A program made the translations under genes and the position numbers. Positions 10,148-19,475 of a stretch of DNA of 64,000 nt are shown here, in pieces. How positions within the stretch are numbered: position 1 is the first letter of the stretch; each line of letters starts with the position of its first letter. Source of the DNA: an uncultured Colwellia sp. (lineage in GTDB: Bacteria; Pseudomonadota; Gammaproteobacteria; Enterobacterales; Alteromonadaceae); NCBI GenBank assembly GCA_913049915.1, contig CAJWZC010000009.1, forward strand, positions 386-64,385, given 5' to 3'. The notes under the pieces were generated by a model. The model worked only from the letters and a program-made list of their open reading frames with translations. It was not told where the DNA came from and ran no database searches.

Positions 10148-12178
10148 ATGATACGCTTGGAGAACAACCTGATGCGACTTAATAGACATTTCACCCTCCG
10201 CTCAATTTGGGGATTGGGCATACTGATTAGTATTTTGTCGATAGGGGTACATGCGAGTAATGAACGTCCGAACATTTTACTCATAGTGAGTGATGATCAC
10301 AGCCCAATGTTAGGTACCTACGGCGATGATTACGCAACAACCCCAAACCTAGACGCAATGGCAACCCGAGGCCTTCAATATAATCACGCATGGTCCAATG
10401 CTCCGGTATGTTCCCCTGCTCGCGCAACACTGATTACAGGCATGTATCCGACATCTTTAGGTTTGCAAAACATGCGAACCCTTTTTGCAACACCAGACTA
10501 TGTAAAATGGTTACCCGAATATCTACGCGAAGCTGGCTATTATACGGCGAATATCGGTAAACATGACTACAACACCTTAGAGCCTAAAGGCGCTTGGTCT
10601 GAGCGGGTCAAGGTTAGAACCTTGAAAGACTGGGATAGGACAAATTACTTTAAAGAAACTGATGGAAAAAAACCCTTTTTTGCTATTGTTAACTTACTGC
10701 AAACTCATGAAAGCAAAGTGATGTTTGATATGGAAGGCAAGCCAAGATCCATTGATGACATCAAGCACAACATAAACAAAGCTCCCTTAGCAAAATACTT
10801 TCCCAAAGACGCCATGATCCAGCGCATCATTGCCCAATATTATGACAATGTCAGTGAAGTAGATGAAGCGGTAGGCGTTATCCTCAAAAGCCTAGAACAT
10901 GATGGCCTCAAAGAAAATACTATCGTTATTTTCATGGCCGACCACGGTACAGGAATCGTGAGATCGAAACGCTGGCCCTATAATAGTGGTCTGCAGATCC
11001 CCTTAATCGCCCAGTTTCCAGAGAAATTAAAACATCTAGCTACCGCAGTACCTGGCAGTAAAATGGATGAAGTGGTCAGTTTTGTCGATATTGCGCCAAC
11101 TGTTTTGAATCTAGCCGGCCTTGAAGTTCCAAAACACTTTCAAGGCAGAGCATTTTTAGGTGAAAAACCTGGTGATGCACCCAAATATGCGTTTGGTTTT
11201 CGCGATCGTATGGACGAACGACTAGACCTTGTACGCACGGCAATGGACGGCCGTTATCACTACATGCGTAACTTTTTGCCTAAATTACCTTATGCTCAGC
11301 ACATTGATAGCCAATATGCCTTTCAACCACTAATGCCAATTTGGCACAAAGCTTACAACGATAATTCCCTGAATACTGTTCAATCTAAATGGTTCGAGGA
11401 TAAACCTGCTGAAGAGCTCTATGATCTGCATAGCGACACTCAGGAAATCAACAACCTAGCCGCTGATCCTAACTATAAAAAGGTGCTTGAACGTATGCGA
11501 GCGGCTACTATACAGTGGATGACCGATACTCTCGACACGGGTGTACTAACAGAAGTTGGAATGACCGCGCTTGCCGGCGATAAAGTGTTGTACACCTTGC
11601 TACGCGAAGACAATGCTCCAGATTATGGTGCATTCCTCAAAGCTGCCGATCAAGCGTCTAGATCAACGGATATCAATGACCATCTGACTAACCTTCAAGA
11701 CCCCAGTGCCATCATCCGATTTTGGGGAGTAACGGGTTTGCAAACAATGGGAGGTAAAGGAAACAAGGCAGTTAAATTACTTGAAAATGCGCTGAGTGAT
11801 AAAAGCGCCGCTGTTCGCGTTGTTGCCGCAGAAGCTTTATGTAGTATCAGCTCATGCACCCGTGCACTAGAAGAGTTGATGCACATCACCGAGACTCAAG
11901 AAGGTGCTGCCCGTTTGACTGCTATCAATGCAATTGACCGATTAAATATGAAAGCAAAACCTGTTGAAAACAGACTAAAAGCGCTGGCGAAAAAACTATC
12001 TCCCATTGCGTCCCGCTCTTCTGTAGGCTCTGATGCAAAAAAAGGAGACGAAGTCGCTATTCAAGCGAATATGCACCTTGAATATGCCAAACGTGTACTA
12101 AAACGTACATTACAAGACCTTGCTGGTGAAAAACCATGGAATCGTAATAAATCTCCCTTAGAAGGTGACCAACGCTAA
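10148..12178 (+). CDS. S1 sulfatase with C-terminal HEAT-like repeats
   Basis: IVSDDH, CSPARAT, ADHG; C-terminal IIRFWGVTGL / VRVVAAEAL / ARLTAINAID helical repeats. Confidence 0.88.
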   Translation: MIRLENNLMRLNRHFTLRSIWGLGILISILSIGVHASNERPNILLIVSDDHSPMLGTYGDDYATTPNLDAMATRGLQYNHAWSNAPVCSPARATLITGMYPTSLGLQNMRTLFATPDYVKWLPEYLREAGYYTANIGKHDYNTLEPKGAWSERVKVRTLKDWDRTNYFKETDGKKPFFAIVNLLQTHESKVMFDMEGKPRSIDDIKHNINKAPLAKYFPKDAMIQRIIAQYYDNVSEVDEAVGVILKSLEHDGLKENTIVIFMADHGTGIVRSKRWPYNSGLQIPLIAQFPEKLKHLATAVPGSKMDEVVSFVDIAPTVLNLAGLEVPKHFQGRAFLGEKPGDAPKYAFGFRDRMDERLDLVRTAMDGRYHYMRNFLPKLPYAQHIDSQYAFQPLMPIWHKAYNDNSLNTVQSKWFEDKPAEELYDLHSDTQEINNLAADPNYKKVLERMRAATIQWMTDTLDTGVLTEVGMTALAGDKVLYTLLREDNAPDYGAFLKAADQASRSTDINDHLTNLQDPSAIIRFWGVTGLQTMGGKGNKAVKLLENALSDKSAAVRVVAAEALCSISSCTRALEELMHITETQEGAARLTAINAIDRLNMKAKPVENRLKALAKKLSPIASRSSVGSDAKKGDEVAIQANMHLEYAKRVLKRTLQDLAGEKPWNRNKSPLEGDQR

Positions 12179-12272
12179 AGTGTTTGCTGCTTTAATTAGC
12201 AGCCAAGCTATTCAACACTTAATACTTGAATTCAAGAAAAAATAATCTTTATTTAAATAATATAGGAAAATC

Positions 12273-13778
12273 ATGATGAATAAAATGTCCAAACTGCTGA
12301 TATTGCTTATCCCTAGCCTCTCTTGTATTACTGCGAGTGCTGCGGGTGTTGAAAGTACTATGACGACTGATCAACCTAACATTATTATTATTCTTTCTGA
12401 CGATGTCGGTGTCGGCGATATCAAAACGTTTTATAAACCATCGAAAGTAACCACGCCAAACATTGATAAACTTGCCCGTCAGGGCATGAGCTTTACTCAG
12501 GCGTATGCGCCAGCATCGGTTTGTTCACCTTCACGCTATGGGTTACTCACGGGTAAGTATCCTAGCCGAGGACCGGTGAGATATGCGCCGGCGAGATTCG
12601 ATTCGCCGCTAACTATCGACACCGACATGGTGACCTTACCTAAGTTTTTGCAGCAACAAGGCTATAAAACTGCACACCTAGGTAAATGGCATTTAGGTTA
12701 CGGTGAAACAGGCATTACAAATTGGGCTGGTGATATAAAACCTAGTGCGCCTGAAATTGGCTTTGATTATTCATTAGGCTTACCAACAAACCATAGTGAT
12801 AATTTCAGATCATACGTAGAAAATCATAAACTACTTTGGCTCAAAGACAGTGTTACTAACCTGCCTAACAAGCCGACAAAAAACGACCTAAAAAAAACCC
12901 GTTTTGATGATGAGGTCGACTCAACATTGACCAGCAAAGCAATTCAGTTTATGAAAACCAACAAAGACCAGCCTTTCTTTCTCTATCTGGCGTTGGTTGC
13001 GGTACATACGCATGTAACTCCTCATAAAAAATTTCGCGGCACCAGTGAACTTGGCCAGTTTGGCGACTACATTAATGAATTGGATCACCATGTCGGAGAA
13101 ATCATGGCAACGCTTGAGGAGCTTAACCTGGCTGATAATACCATCTTAGTCTTTGCAAGTGATAATGGCGGGCAAGAAAGAGATCATCATACCGCAGGCA
13201 AAAATCTAAATTTGAAAGATACATCACAGCAAGTAGCAGAGAAATCCAAGACCGCTAAAACGGATGCAAAAGAAAAGTTTGGCCATCGCACCAATGGTGA
13301 TTTAAGTGGTTACAAAAGTAGTAATTTCGAAGGTGGCTTTAGAGTACCCTTTATTGTTCGTTGGCCTGGAAAAGTAGCAAAAAATTCTGAGTCGAAACAA
13401 GTATTCGTGTTAACTGATATCTTGGCAACAACTGCAGGATTACTTGAAAAAGACTTACCTAAATCAGCCGGTGGCGATTCATTTGATTTTAGCTCGGTTT
13501 TGCTTGGCGAGAACGTAACAAAGCCAATTCGCACCACCAGTATTTTTCAAACACCCAATGGCTTATTTGCGTTTAGACAAGTCGACTGGAAACTTCGATA
13601 TGTACCCGACTCAAAAACCAAAGGTAAAGCAGTCAACTTGTTAAAAGTACCGGTTGAGCTTTATAACTTGGCTGAAGATCCCTATGAAAAAAATGATGTC
13701 GCAAGCTTACATCCTAAGCGAGTGACTGACATGAGAGAGTTACTTGTTGCACAATTAGAAAGAGGCCACTCGCACTAA
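12273..13778 (+). CDS. S1 arylsulfatase-like sulfatase
   Basis: ILSDDVGVGD, CSPSRYGLLTG, GKWHLG, SDNGG, EGGFRVPFIVRWPG. Confidence 0.9.
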   Translation: MMNKMSKLLILLIPSLSCITASAAGVESTMTTDQPNIIIILSDDVGVGDIKTFYKPSKVTTPNIDKLARQGMSFTQAYAPASVCSPSRYGLLTGKYPSRGPVRYAPARFDSPLTIDTDMVTLPKFLQQQGYKTAHLGKWHLGYGETGITNWAGDIKPSAPEIGFDYSLGLPTNHSDNFRSYVENHKLLWLKDSVTNLPNKPTKNDLKKTRFDDEVDSTLTSKAIQFMKTNKDQPFFLYLALVAVHTHVTPHKKFRGTSELGQFGDYINELDHHVGEIMATLEELNLADNTILVFASDNGGQERDHHTAGKNLNLKDTSQQVAEKSKTAKTDAKEKFGHRTNGDLSGYKSSNFEGGFRVPFIVRWPGKVAKNSESKQVFVLTDILATTAGLLEKDLPKSAGGDSFDFSSVLLGENVTKPIRTTSIFQTPNGLFAFRQVDWKLRYVPDSKTKGKAVNLLKVPVELYNLAEDPYEKNDVASLHPKRVTDMRELLVAQLERGHSH

Positions 13779-13810
13779 GAAAAGTAAAGACTTCTTGTGA
13801 AGCTTTACTC

Positions 13811-14076
13811 TATAACCGTGCTACTTCAAAATGCACGTTTTAGGACTACTGAGAAATTCATGATCAAGGCGCATCTTTTTATTAATGGTCATTCCCTTAA
13901 AAACAGATGCAACGATGAGCAGGGTTTGCTCAGTAGCCCCCGTAGGGTTGGCTTAGAAACGTTTTATGCAGCGTTATTGATATTGAGAAGGGAGTAACCA
14001 TTCTCAATATCAATGCCTCGCCTAAAACGTTTCTAATTCCAACTGAAATCGAGAATTTTGAGGTAACACGGGTATA
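13811..14076 (+). mobile_element. ERIC-like MITE copy 1 (266 bp including flanking TA)
   Basis: Termini TATAACCGTGCTACTTCAAAAT...ATTTTGAGGTAACACGGGTATA are inverted repeats; the interior is clearly homologous to 18009-18273. Confidence 0.8.
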
Positions 14077-14097
14077 TCTACTAACAACTAACTAAGA

Positions 14098-15144
14098 TTG
14101 AAGAATGATATGAGAACATTAGTTTTTATTTTTACAGTAATTTTCGGTTATTGTTTAACTGCTCATGCTAGCGGTTACTCGAATCCTTATGCGGTTGTTG
14201 AAGATTGGGCAAAGCTGCCACAAGGACGTACTTTTGGCGCGGTTGGCGATGTTGATATCGATCCTGATGGTGAGCACATCTGGGCCGTTATCCGCTGCGA
14301 TGCTACCGAAAGGAAAAAGTTTGGCTCTGAATGTTTAGACTCAAACTTAGATCCAATTATAAAGTTTAATAAACATGGCGAAGTGGTCGCAAGTTTTGGC
14401 GCCGGTATGTTTATTTGGCCACATGGCCTTGAAATAGACTCACAAGGTAATGTATGGGTGACCGATGCGGTTAAATCTAAACGTATTCCTAAGGGTGATA
14501 AACGCGGTCATCAAGTAATAAAGTTTAGTAATACCGGTGAAGTCTTGATGGTGTTAGGCATCCCCGGTGAAGTCGGAACTGACAATAAACACTTTAACCA
14601 ACCTGCCGATGTGGTTGTGGCTGACAACGGCGATATCTTTGTCGCCGATGGCCATGCACTCGATGGCAACAATCGGGTAATGAAATTCGACAGTAAAGGC
14701 AAATTCATTAAGGCTTGGGGGCAAACAGGTTATGCGCCGGGTGAATTTCGTATGCTGCATACTATTAACATAGATATGCGGGGCCGTATTTTTGTTGGTG
14801 ACCGTTTCAATAACCGCATACAGCTATTTGATCAAGAGGGAGATTTCATTAGCCAATGGACTCAGTTTGGTCGACCCAGTGGTATTTTCTTTGATAACAA
14901 AGACAATATTTACGTCGCCGATTCAGAATCAGATAACGAACAAAATCCCGGTTGGGAAATGGGTATCCGTATCGGTGATGCGCATTTAGGTTGGGTGAAG
15001 CATTTTATCAAACTGCCAAGCGGCGATCCCCGAGTAAAAAGAGGCAATGGCGCAGAATTTATTGCGGTAGACAGTAGTGGCAATATCTATGGCGGTGAAC
15101 CCGCACCGAGGAAACTTACCAAGTATGTCAGGGTAAGGCCTTAA
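14098..15144 (+). CDS. Secreted NHL-repeat beta-propeller (peptidyl-alpha-hydroxyglycine lyase-like family)
   Basis: WPHGLEID, FNQPADV...GDIFVADG, NNRVMKF, DRFNNRIQLF, RPSGIF NHL repeats. Confidence 0.8.
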   Translation: MKNDMRTLVFIFTVIFGYCLTAHASGYSNPYAVVEDWAKLPQGRTFGAVGDVDIDPDGEHIWAVIRCDATERKKFGSECLDSNLDPIIKFNKHGEVVASFGAGMFIWPHGLEIDSQGNVWVTDAVKSKRIPKGDKRGHQVIKFSNTGEVLMVLGIPGEVGTDNKHFNQPADVVVADNGDIFVADGHALDGNNRVMKFDSKGKFIKAWGQTGYAPGEFRMLHTINIDMRGRIFVGDRFNNRIQLFDQEGDFISQWTQFGRPSGIFFDNKDNIYVADSESDNEQNPGWEMGIRIGDAHLGWVKHFIKLPSGDPRVKRGNGAEFIAVDSSGNIYGGEPAPRKLTKYVRVRP

Positions 15145-15160
15145 TTAATTTATCTAGTTA

Positions 15161-17545
15161 TTGCAGTTATCACTAAATCCGGTGAAAGCAATATTTGCCG
15201 TTAGAGCAATCAATATTATCGAGGAAGTCACTATCAATAATAAAAAATCAGTCTCACATTTACTAGTTTCTTTATTAGCTTCTCTATCAATGCTTACCAC
15301 GCAGTTAGCCTTTGCTGCAGAGTCTAGTCTGGTCAAAGTCGGCTCAGACGGTAAACTGGATTACACCCCATTTGCCATGACCGACCAAACCAACCAAGTG
15401 AATGTTATCCCCGATTATTCGCATGCCGGTTATAAAGGCGGCGGCGTCGCTATTCCTGATGCACCAGTTAAGATCACTCTTTATCCTCAATCAGGTGATG
15501 ATCGCACCCAGATCCAGGCAGCTATTGATCAGGTAGAAGCTATGCCATTGGATGAAAACGGTTTCAGGGGCGCTGTTTTATTGTCGGCTGGCGCTTATGA
15601 GATCGACGCCCAATTAACTATCCAAGCCAGTGGTGTTGTTCTGCGTGGTGAAGGCCAAGGTTCAAACGGCACTGTTATTACTGCCACAAGTACCATACTA
15701 GGCACCAAATTTGATCACGATAATGATGCGCTTTATATCCATGGCCCGTCAGCCTATGTTGTTGACGACTCTAGCGTGACCCGTATTACCAGCAGTTATG
15801 TGCCGGTGGGAAGTTATAGCTTCAATGTTGCTTCTAGTGCAGGTTACTCGGTTGGTGATGATATTGTTGTTAAAATGACCCGCAATAATTTCTGGGTCGA
15901 TGATTTGACCATGACCCAGTGGGGTTGGACCGCCAGTTCATACTCGATTAATCATCAAAGAGTCATTAGCAGTATTTCCGGCAATACCGTGACGGTTAAT
16001 ATCCCTATTGTCGATGTTATTGAAGACCAATATGGCGGCGCCGAGATCTATCAAATAGATACTTCAGGTAATATCAGTCAGGTCGGCGTAGAGAACCTAA
16101 GGTTCGAGTCGGTTTACGCTTCAAAGTTTGATGAAAACCACGCTTGGAACGCGATTATAACTGAAAACCTGACCAACTCATGGGTCAAGCAAGTCACTTG
16201 TCAGTATTTTGCCAAGGCCTGTGTGCATTTCTTAGACAGCTCCAGTTTTATTACCGTTGAAGAAGTAGCCATGCTCGACTATAAATCACAAATAAGTGGC
16301 GGTCGCCGCTATGGCTTTGATATCCGGGATGGCTTGGGCATTCTTGTGCAACGAAGTTATACCCGAGAAGGCCGACATGATTACGCGCTTAATTCACGCA
16401 CCACAGGTCCTAATGTATTTCTTGATTCTTATTCAACCAATACTCATGCCGATATTGGCCCACATGCGCGTTGGTCTACGGGGGTACTTTTCGACAATAT
16501 ACGCGGTGGCGAAATCCGTGTTCGTAATAGAAAAGATTCAGGCTCTGGCCACGGTTATTCTGGTGCACAGGTCATGTTTTGGAACTGTCATTCATATCAA
16601 GGTGATGTTTGGGTAGAGAGTCCAAAAGGGGCAATGAACTGGGCAATAGGCTGTGGTGGTGGCTCTAAAAATAACGACAGTGCCGATAGTGGTTTTTTTG
16701 AGCAGTGGAATAATGCTGTTATGCCACGCAGTTTGTATCTAAAGCAGCTAGAAGACCGACTAGGGTCACCTGCTGTCGCTAACGTAACAACTACTGCACA
16801 GCGAAAGGGTTCCATCTGGAATGATCTGCAACTTTGGGCGGGCGAAGGCAAGCTTGACGGGGGTGCAGTAAACGAGCTGCCAGTTGTTAATGCCGGTAGC
16901 AATCAAACGATTACCCTGCCGTCTAACAGTGTGACTGTCAGCGCGGTTTGCACCGATATCGATAATGGCCCTGGATCGTTAACGTGTACCTGGTCGGGTT
17001 CAACAGGCGTCAGTTTTGCCAATATCAATGCACTAACGACTACAGCAACTTTCAGTGACAGCGGTAGCTATACCGTAACGATGACTGCTTATGATACGCT
17101 TAATTCAAGCGCAGACAGTGCAACCATTACCGTCACTACAGCAAGTCCAGCTAATATTGTCCCCGCTTATAACGGTGGCATGACTCAGCGTACAGCAAAC
17201 ACATACAGTTCTTTTTCCTATGATATATCATCATCTTTCTCCGATGCAGATGCTAATGGCGATGATACTCTTTCATTTAGCGCTACTGGTTTACCTTCAG
17301 GGCTGTCTATCTCCTCAGCTGGTTTAATCAGTGGTAGCTCCAGTACAGAGGGTACTTTTATCGTAATAGTCACAGCTACAGACACATCGAACTCTGCTGT
17401 AAGTGGAAGTTTTTCAATGACTATAAATGAAGTGGTAGTTGATGACAGTGGTGGAGGTGGCGGTTCATTTGATTTATGGCTGTTGGTGCTCGCTTTGACG
17501 GTGTATACCCAGAAAAACGCTTTAGTTGGAAAAATAATTAACTAG
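15161..17545 (+). CDS. Secreted right-handed beta-helix (lyase-like) protein with PKD/Ig domains and GlyGly-CTERM anchor; true start probably downstream of 15161
   Basis: IPDYSHAGYKGGG and VVLRGEG (pectate_lyase_3-like N-terminus), HARWSTGVLFDN; VVNAGSNQTI (PKD-like), LPSGLSISSAGLISG (He_PIG-like); C-terminal GGGGGSFDLWLLVLAL. Confidence 0.72.
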   Translation: MQLSLNPVKAIFAVRAINIIEEVTINNKKSVSHLLVSLLASLSMLTTQLAFAAESSLVKVGSDGKLDYTPFAMTDQTNQVNVIPDYSHAGYKGGGVAIPDAPVKITLYPQSGDDRTQIQAAIDQVEAMPLDENGFRGAVLLSAGAYEIDAQLTIQASGVVLRGEGQGSNGTVITATSTILGTKFDHDNDALYIHGPSAYVVDDSSVTRITSSYVPVGSYSFNVASSAGYSVGDDIVVKMTRNNFWVDDLTMTQWGWTASSYSINHQRVISSISGNTVTVNIPIVDVIEDQYGGAEIYQIDTSGNISQVGVENLRFESVYASKFDENHAWNAIITENLTNSWVKQVTCQYFAKACVHFLDSSSFITVEEVAMLDYKSQISGGRRYGFDIRDGLGILVQRSYTREGRHDYALNSRTTGPNVFLDSYSTNTHADIGPHARWSTGVLFDNIRGGEIRVRNRKDSGSGHGYSGAQVMFWNCHSYQGDVWVESPKGAMNWAIGCGGGSKNNDSADSGFFEQWNNAVMPRSLYLKQLEDRLGSPAVANVTTTAQRKGSIWNDLQLWAGEGKLDGGAVNELPVVNAGSNQTITLPSNSVTVSAVCTDIDNGPGSLTCTWSGSTGVSFANINALTTTATFSDSGSYTVTMTAYDTLNSSADSATITVTTASPANIVPAYNGGMTQRTANTYSSFSYDISSSFSDADANGDDTLSFSATGLPSGLSISSAGLISGSSSTEGTFIVIVTATDTSNSAVSGSFSMTINEVVVDDSGGGGGSFDLWLLVLALTVYTQKNALVGKIIN

Positions 17546-17564
17546 GGTCAAAACAAAGTTAAAT
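17540..17564 (+). repeat. REP-like unit left of RAYT pseudogene
   Basis: AACTAGGGTCAAAACAAAGTTAAAT. Confidence 0.8.
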
Positions 17565-17615
17565 AAAATACAAACTATACTTAGTGTTCACTTCACTCAA
17601 AGATAAGGAAATCTT

Positions 17616-18492
17616 ATGAGCCGTTTACACCGAGTATGTCCTCTAGGTATTCCCCCAACACATCATTCAGAGGGGGCAACAACCATCAAATTTGTTTTGC
17701 TAGCGAAAAATAATTTTTGATTATGTTGGTTGGTTAAAGGAGTGTTCTGTTAAATTTGGTGTTGATGTCCACGCTTGAGTATTATTGACTAATCACGTGC
17801 ATTTACTTTTGTACTCCTCGTAAAGCAAATAGTGTTAGTCAAATGATGCAAGCTTTAGGAAGACTATATGTCAGATATTTTAACCGTCGTTATATTGAAC
17901 TCAATCCTGTTAGAGCCTGTATGGTTGATGAGCCATCAGAATATGTCTGGTCAAGCTACCAGATCAATGCATTAGGTAAAATATCGAGTTTATGTACCCC
18001 TCATCCCTTATACTCAAGCGACTTCAAAGTGCTTGTTCAGGACTGCTGAGTAATTCATGATCAAGGCGCATCTTTTTATTAATGGTTACTCCCTTAAAAA
18101 CAGATGCAACGACGGGCATGATTTACTCAGAAGTCCCCAAAGGGTTGGTTTATAAACCTATTATGTTGCGTTATTGATTTTGAGAAGGGAATAACCATTC
18201 TCTTCATTCAATGCCTTGCATAATACGTTTCTAATTCCAACTGAATCATGTAGTTTGAAGTGGTTTGAGTATATACACAGCCTTAGGTGTTAATGAAGAT
18301 GAACGTCAGGCTCATTATCGATGTTTGTTTACTCGTCATGTTGAAGAGCCATTGCTGAAAGATATTAGAGCCGCCACCAAATCAGGTATGGCATTGGGTA
18401 ATGACAGATTCAAACAAAACTTATTATCTCTCACAGGCCGGCGATTACAGCCTATGCCTTTAGGAAGAAAAATTGGCTGGCGTAAAAACTGA
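17616..18492 (+). pseudogene. REP-associated tyrosine transposase (RAYT, Y1 HUH family) pseudogene, interrupted by a MITE
   Basis: MSRLHR..GIP(Q)HIIQRGNN, HUH motif TNHVHLL, YIELNPVRA, WSSY. Carries stops, frameshifts, an apparent internal deletion (YFNRRY joined directly to IELNP) and an insertion at 18011-18273. Confidence 0.85.
18009..18273 (+). mobile_element. ERIC-like MITE copy 2, inserted at a TA inside the RAYT gene
   Basis: TA|TACTCAAGCGACTTCAAA...TTTGAAGTGGTTTGAGTA|TA. Removing it restores CAT CCC TTA TAC ACA GCC (HPLYTA). Confidence 0.88.
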
Positions 18493-18516
18493 TTTAACTT
18501 TGTTCTGACCCTAGTT
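18492..18516 (-). repeat. REP-like unit right of RAYT pseudogene (inverted relative to 17540)
   Basis: ATTTAACTTTGTTCTGACCCTAGTT. Confidence 0.8.
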
Positions 18517-18637
18517 ATTTCAATTTATTAAAAAATTTTAAATCGACTTGAGGTAAACTTTAAAAGTGAGCCACCTTCAGAAGCGTCAGGTAGTGCTTAA
18601 TAACAGTGGAGTCATACCTATGAGAAGCTGCTTCTAA

Positions 18638-19357
18638 TTATAAATTAAAATTAATGGTCGTCGTAGCGTTATCAAGGTGGTTCTTCATCGCTGTACGCGC
18701 CCTTTCAGGGTTTCTTTGCGCAATAGCCAAAACAATCTTTTTATGTTCATCAATGCAAAGTCCCTGCTTCTTAATTTCTTCTTGAATACATTTAGTAAAT
18801 ATAGACTCTGAACGTAATTTCCATAACCACTGTATCGACTCTTTCATCGCTGCATTATCACAATATTCAGCAATGGCTACATGCAATTTAGTATCTGCTT
18901 GTTCAAAAGATTCTGCATTTATATCATCAGCTTCCATTTCCCTAATAATATTTTTTAGTTCTTGAATTTGTTCATCACTAATTCTTGCTGCCGTTAATGC
19001 ACATATTTCTGGTTCAAGGATATAGCGCATTTCTAAAACTTCAAAGGGGCCAATTCCACTACCAATGAGGGCGGTATAGCTTTTGCTAGTATTATCAGTA
19101 ATATAGGCACCTGATCCAGTACGTATATCGATAAGACCTGATAATTCAAGCGCTATCATGGCTTCACGTATTGTTTGACGGCTAACCTGTAATTTATCTG
19201 CCAGAGCCCTTTCTGCAGGAAAGCGATCGCCAACTTTAAAATAACCATTATCAATTAACGAGCGTAATTGTTCCGCAACTTTGAGATATAATTTATCTGT
19301 TTTTTTTTCTTCAACTTTTATCGCTTCAAACTGCATTATCGCACTCACTGTCCACAC
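18638..19357 (-). CDS. GntR family, FadR-subfamily transcriptional regulator
   Basis: wHTH FPAERALADKLQVSRQTIREA...RTGSG plus FCD effector domain (EMRYILEP, ADTKLHVAIA, EHKKIV). Confidence 0.92.
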   Translation of the reverse strand: MWTVSAIMQFEAIKVEEKKTDKLYLKVAEQLRSLIDNGYFKVGDRFPAERALADKLQVSRQTIREAMIALELSGLIDIRTGSGAYITDNTSKSYTALIGSGIGPFEVLEMRYILEPEICALTAARISDEQIQELKNIIREMEADDINAESFEQADTKLHVAIAEYCDNAAMKESIQWLWKLRSESIFTKCIQEEIKKQGLCIDEHKKIVLAIAQRNPERARTAMKNHLDNATTTINFNL

Positions 19358-19433
19358 CTTAAAAATGTAATAATTTTGATAATATAATGTCTTTTAAATC
19401 ATTTTACCTAAGGCCTTGCGATATTAATAGAAC

Positions 19434-19455
19434 TTACTTTGTTCTGACCCTAGTT
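19434..19455 (-). repeat. REP-like unit
   Basis: TTACTTTGTTCTGACCCTAGTT. Confidence 0.75.
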
Positions 19456-19475
19456 ATTATATTTAAACAGCCATA

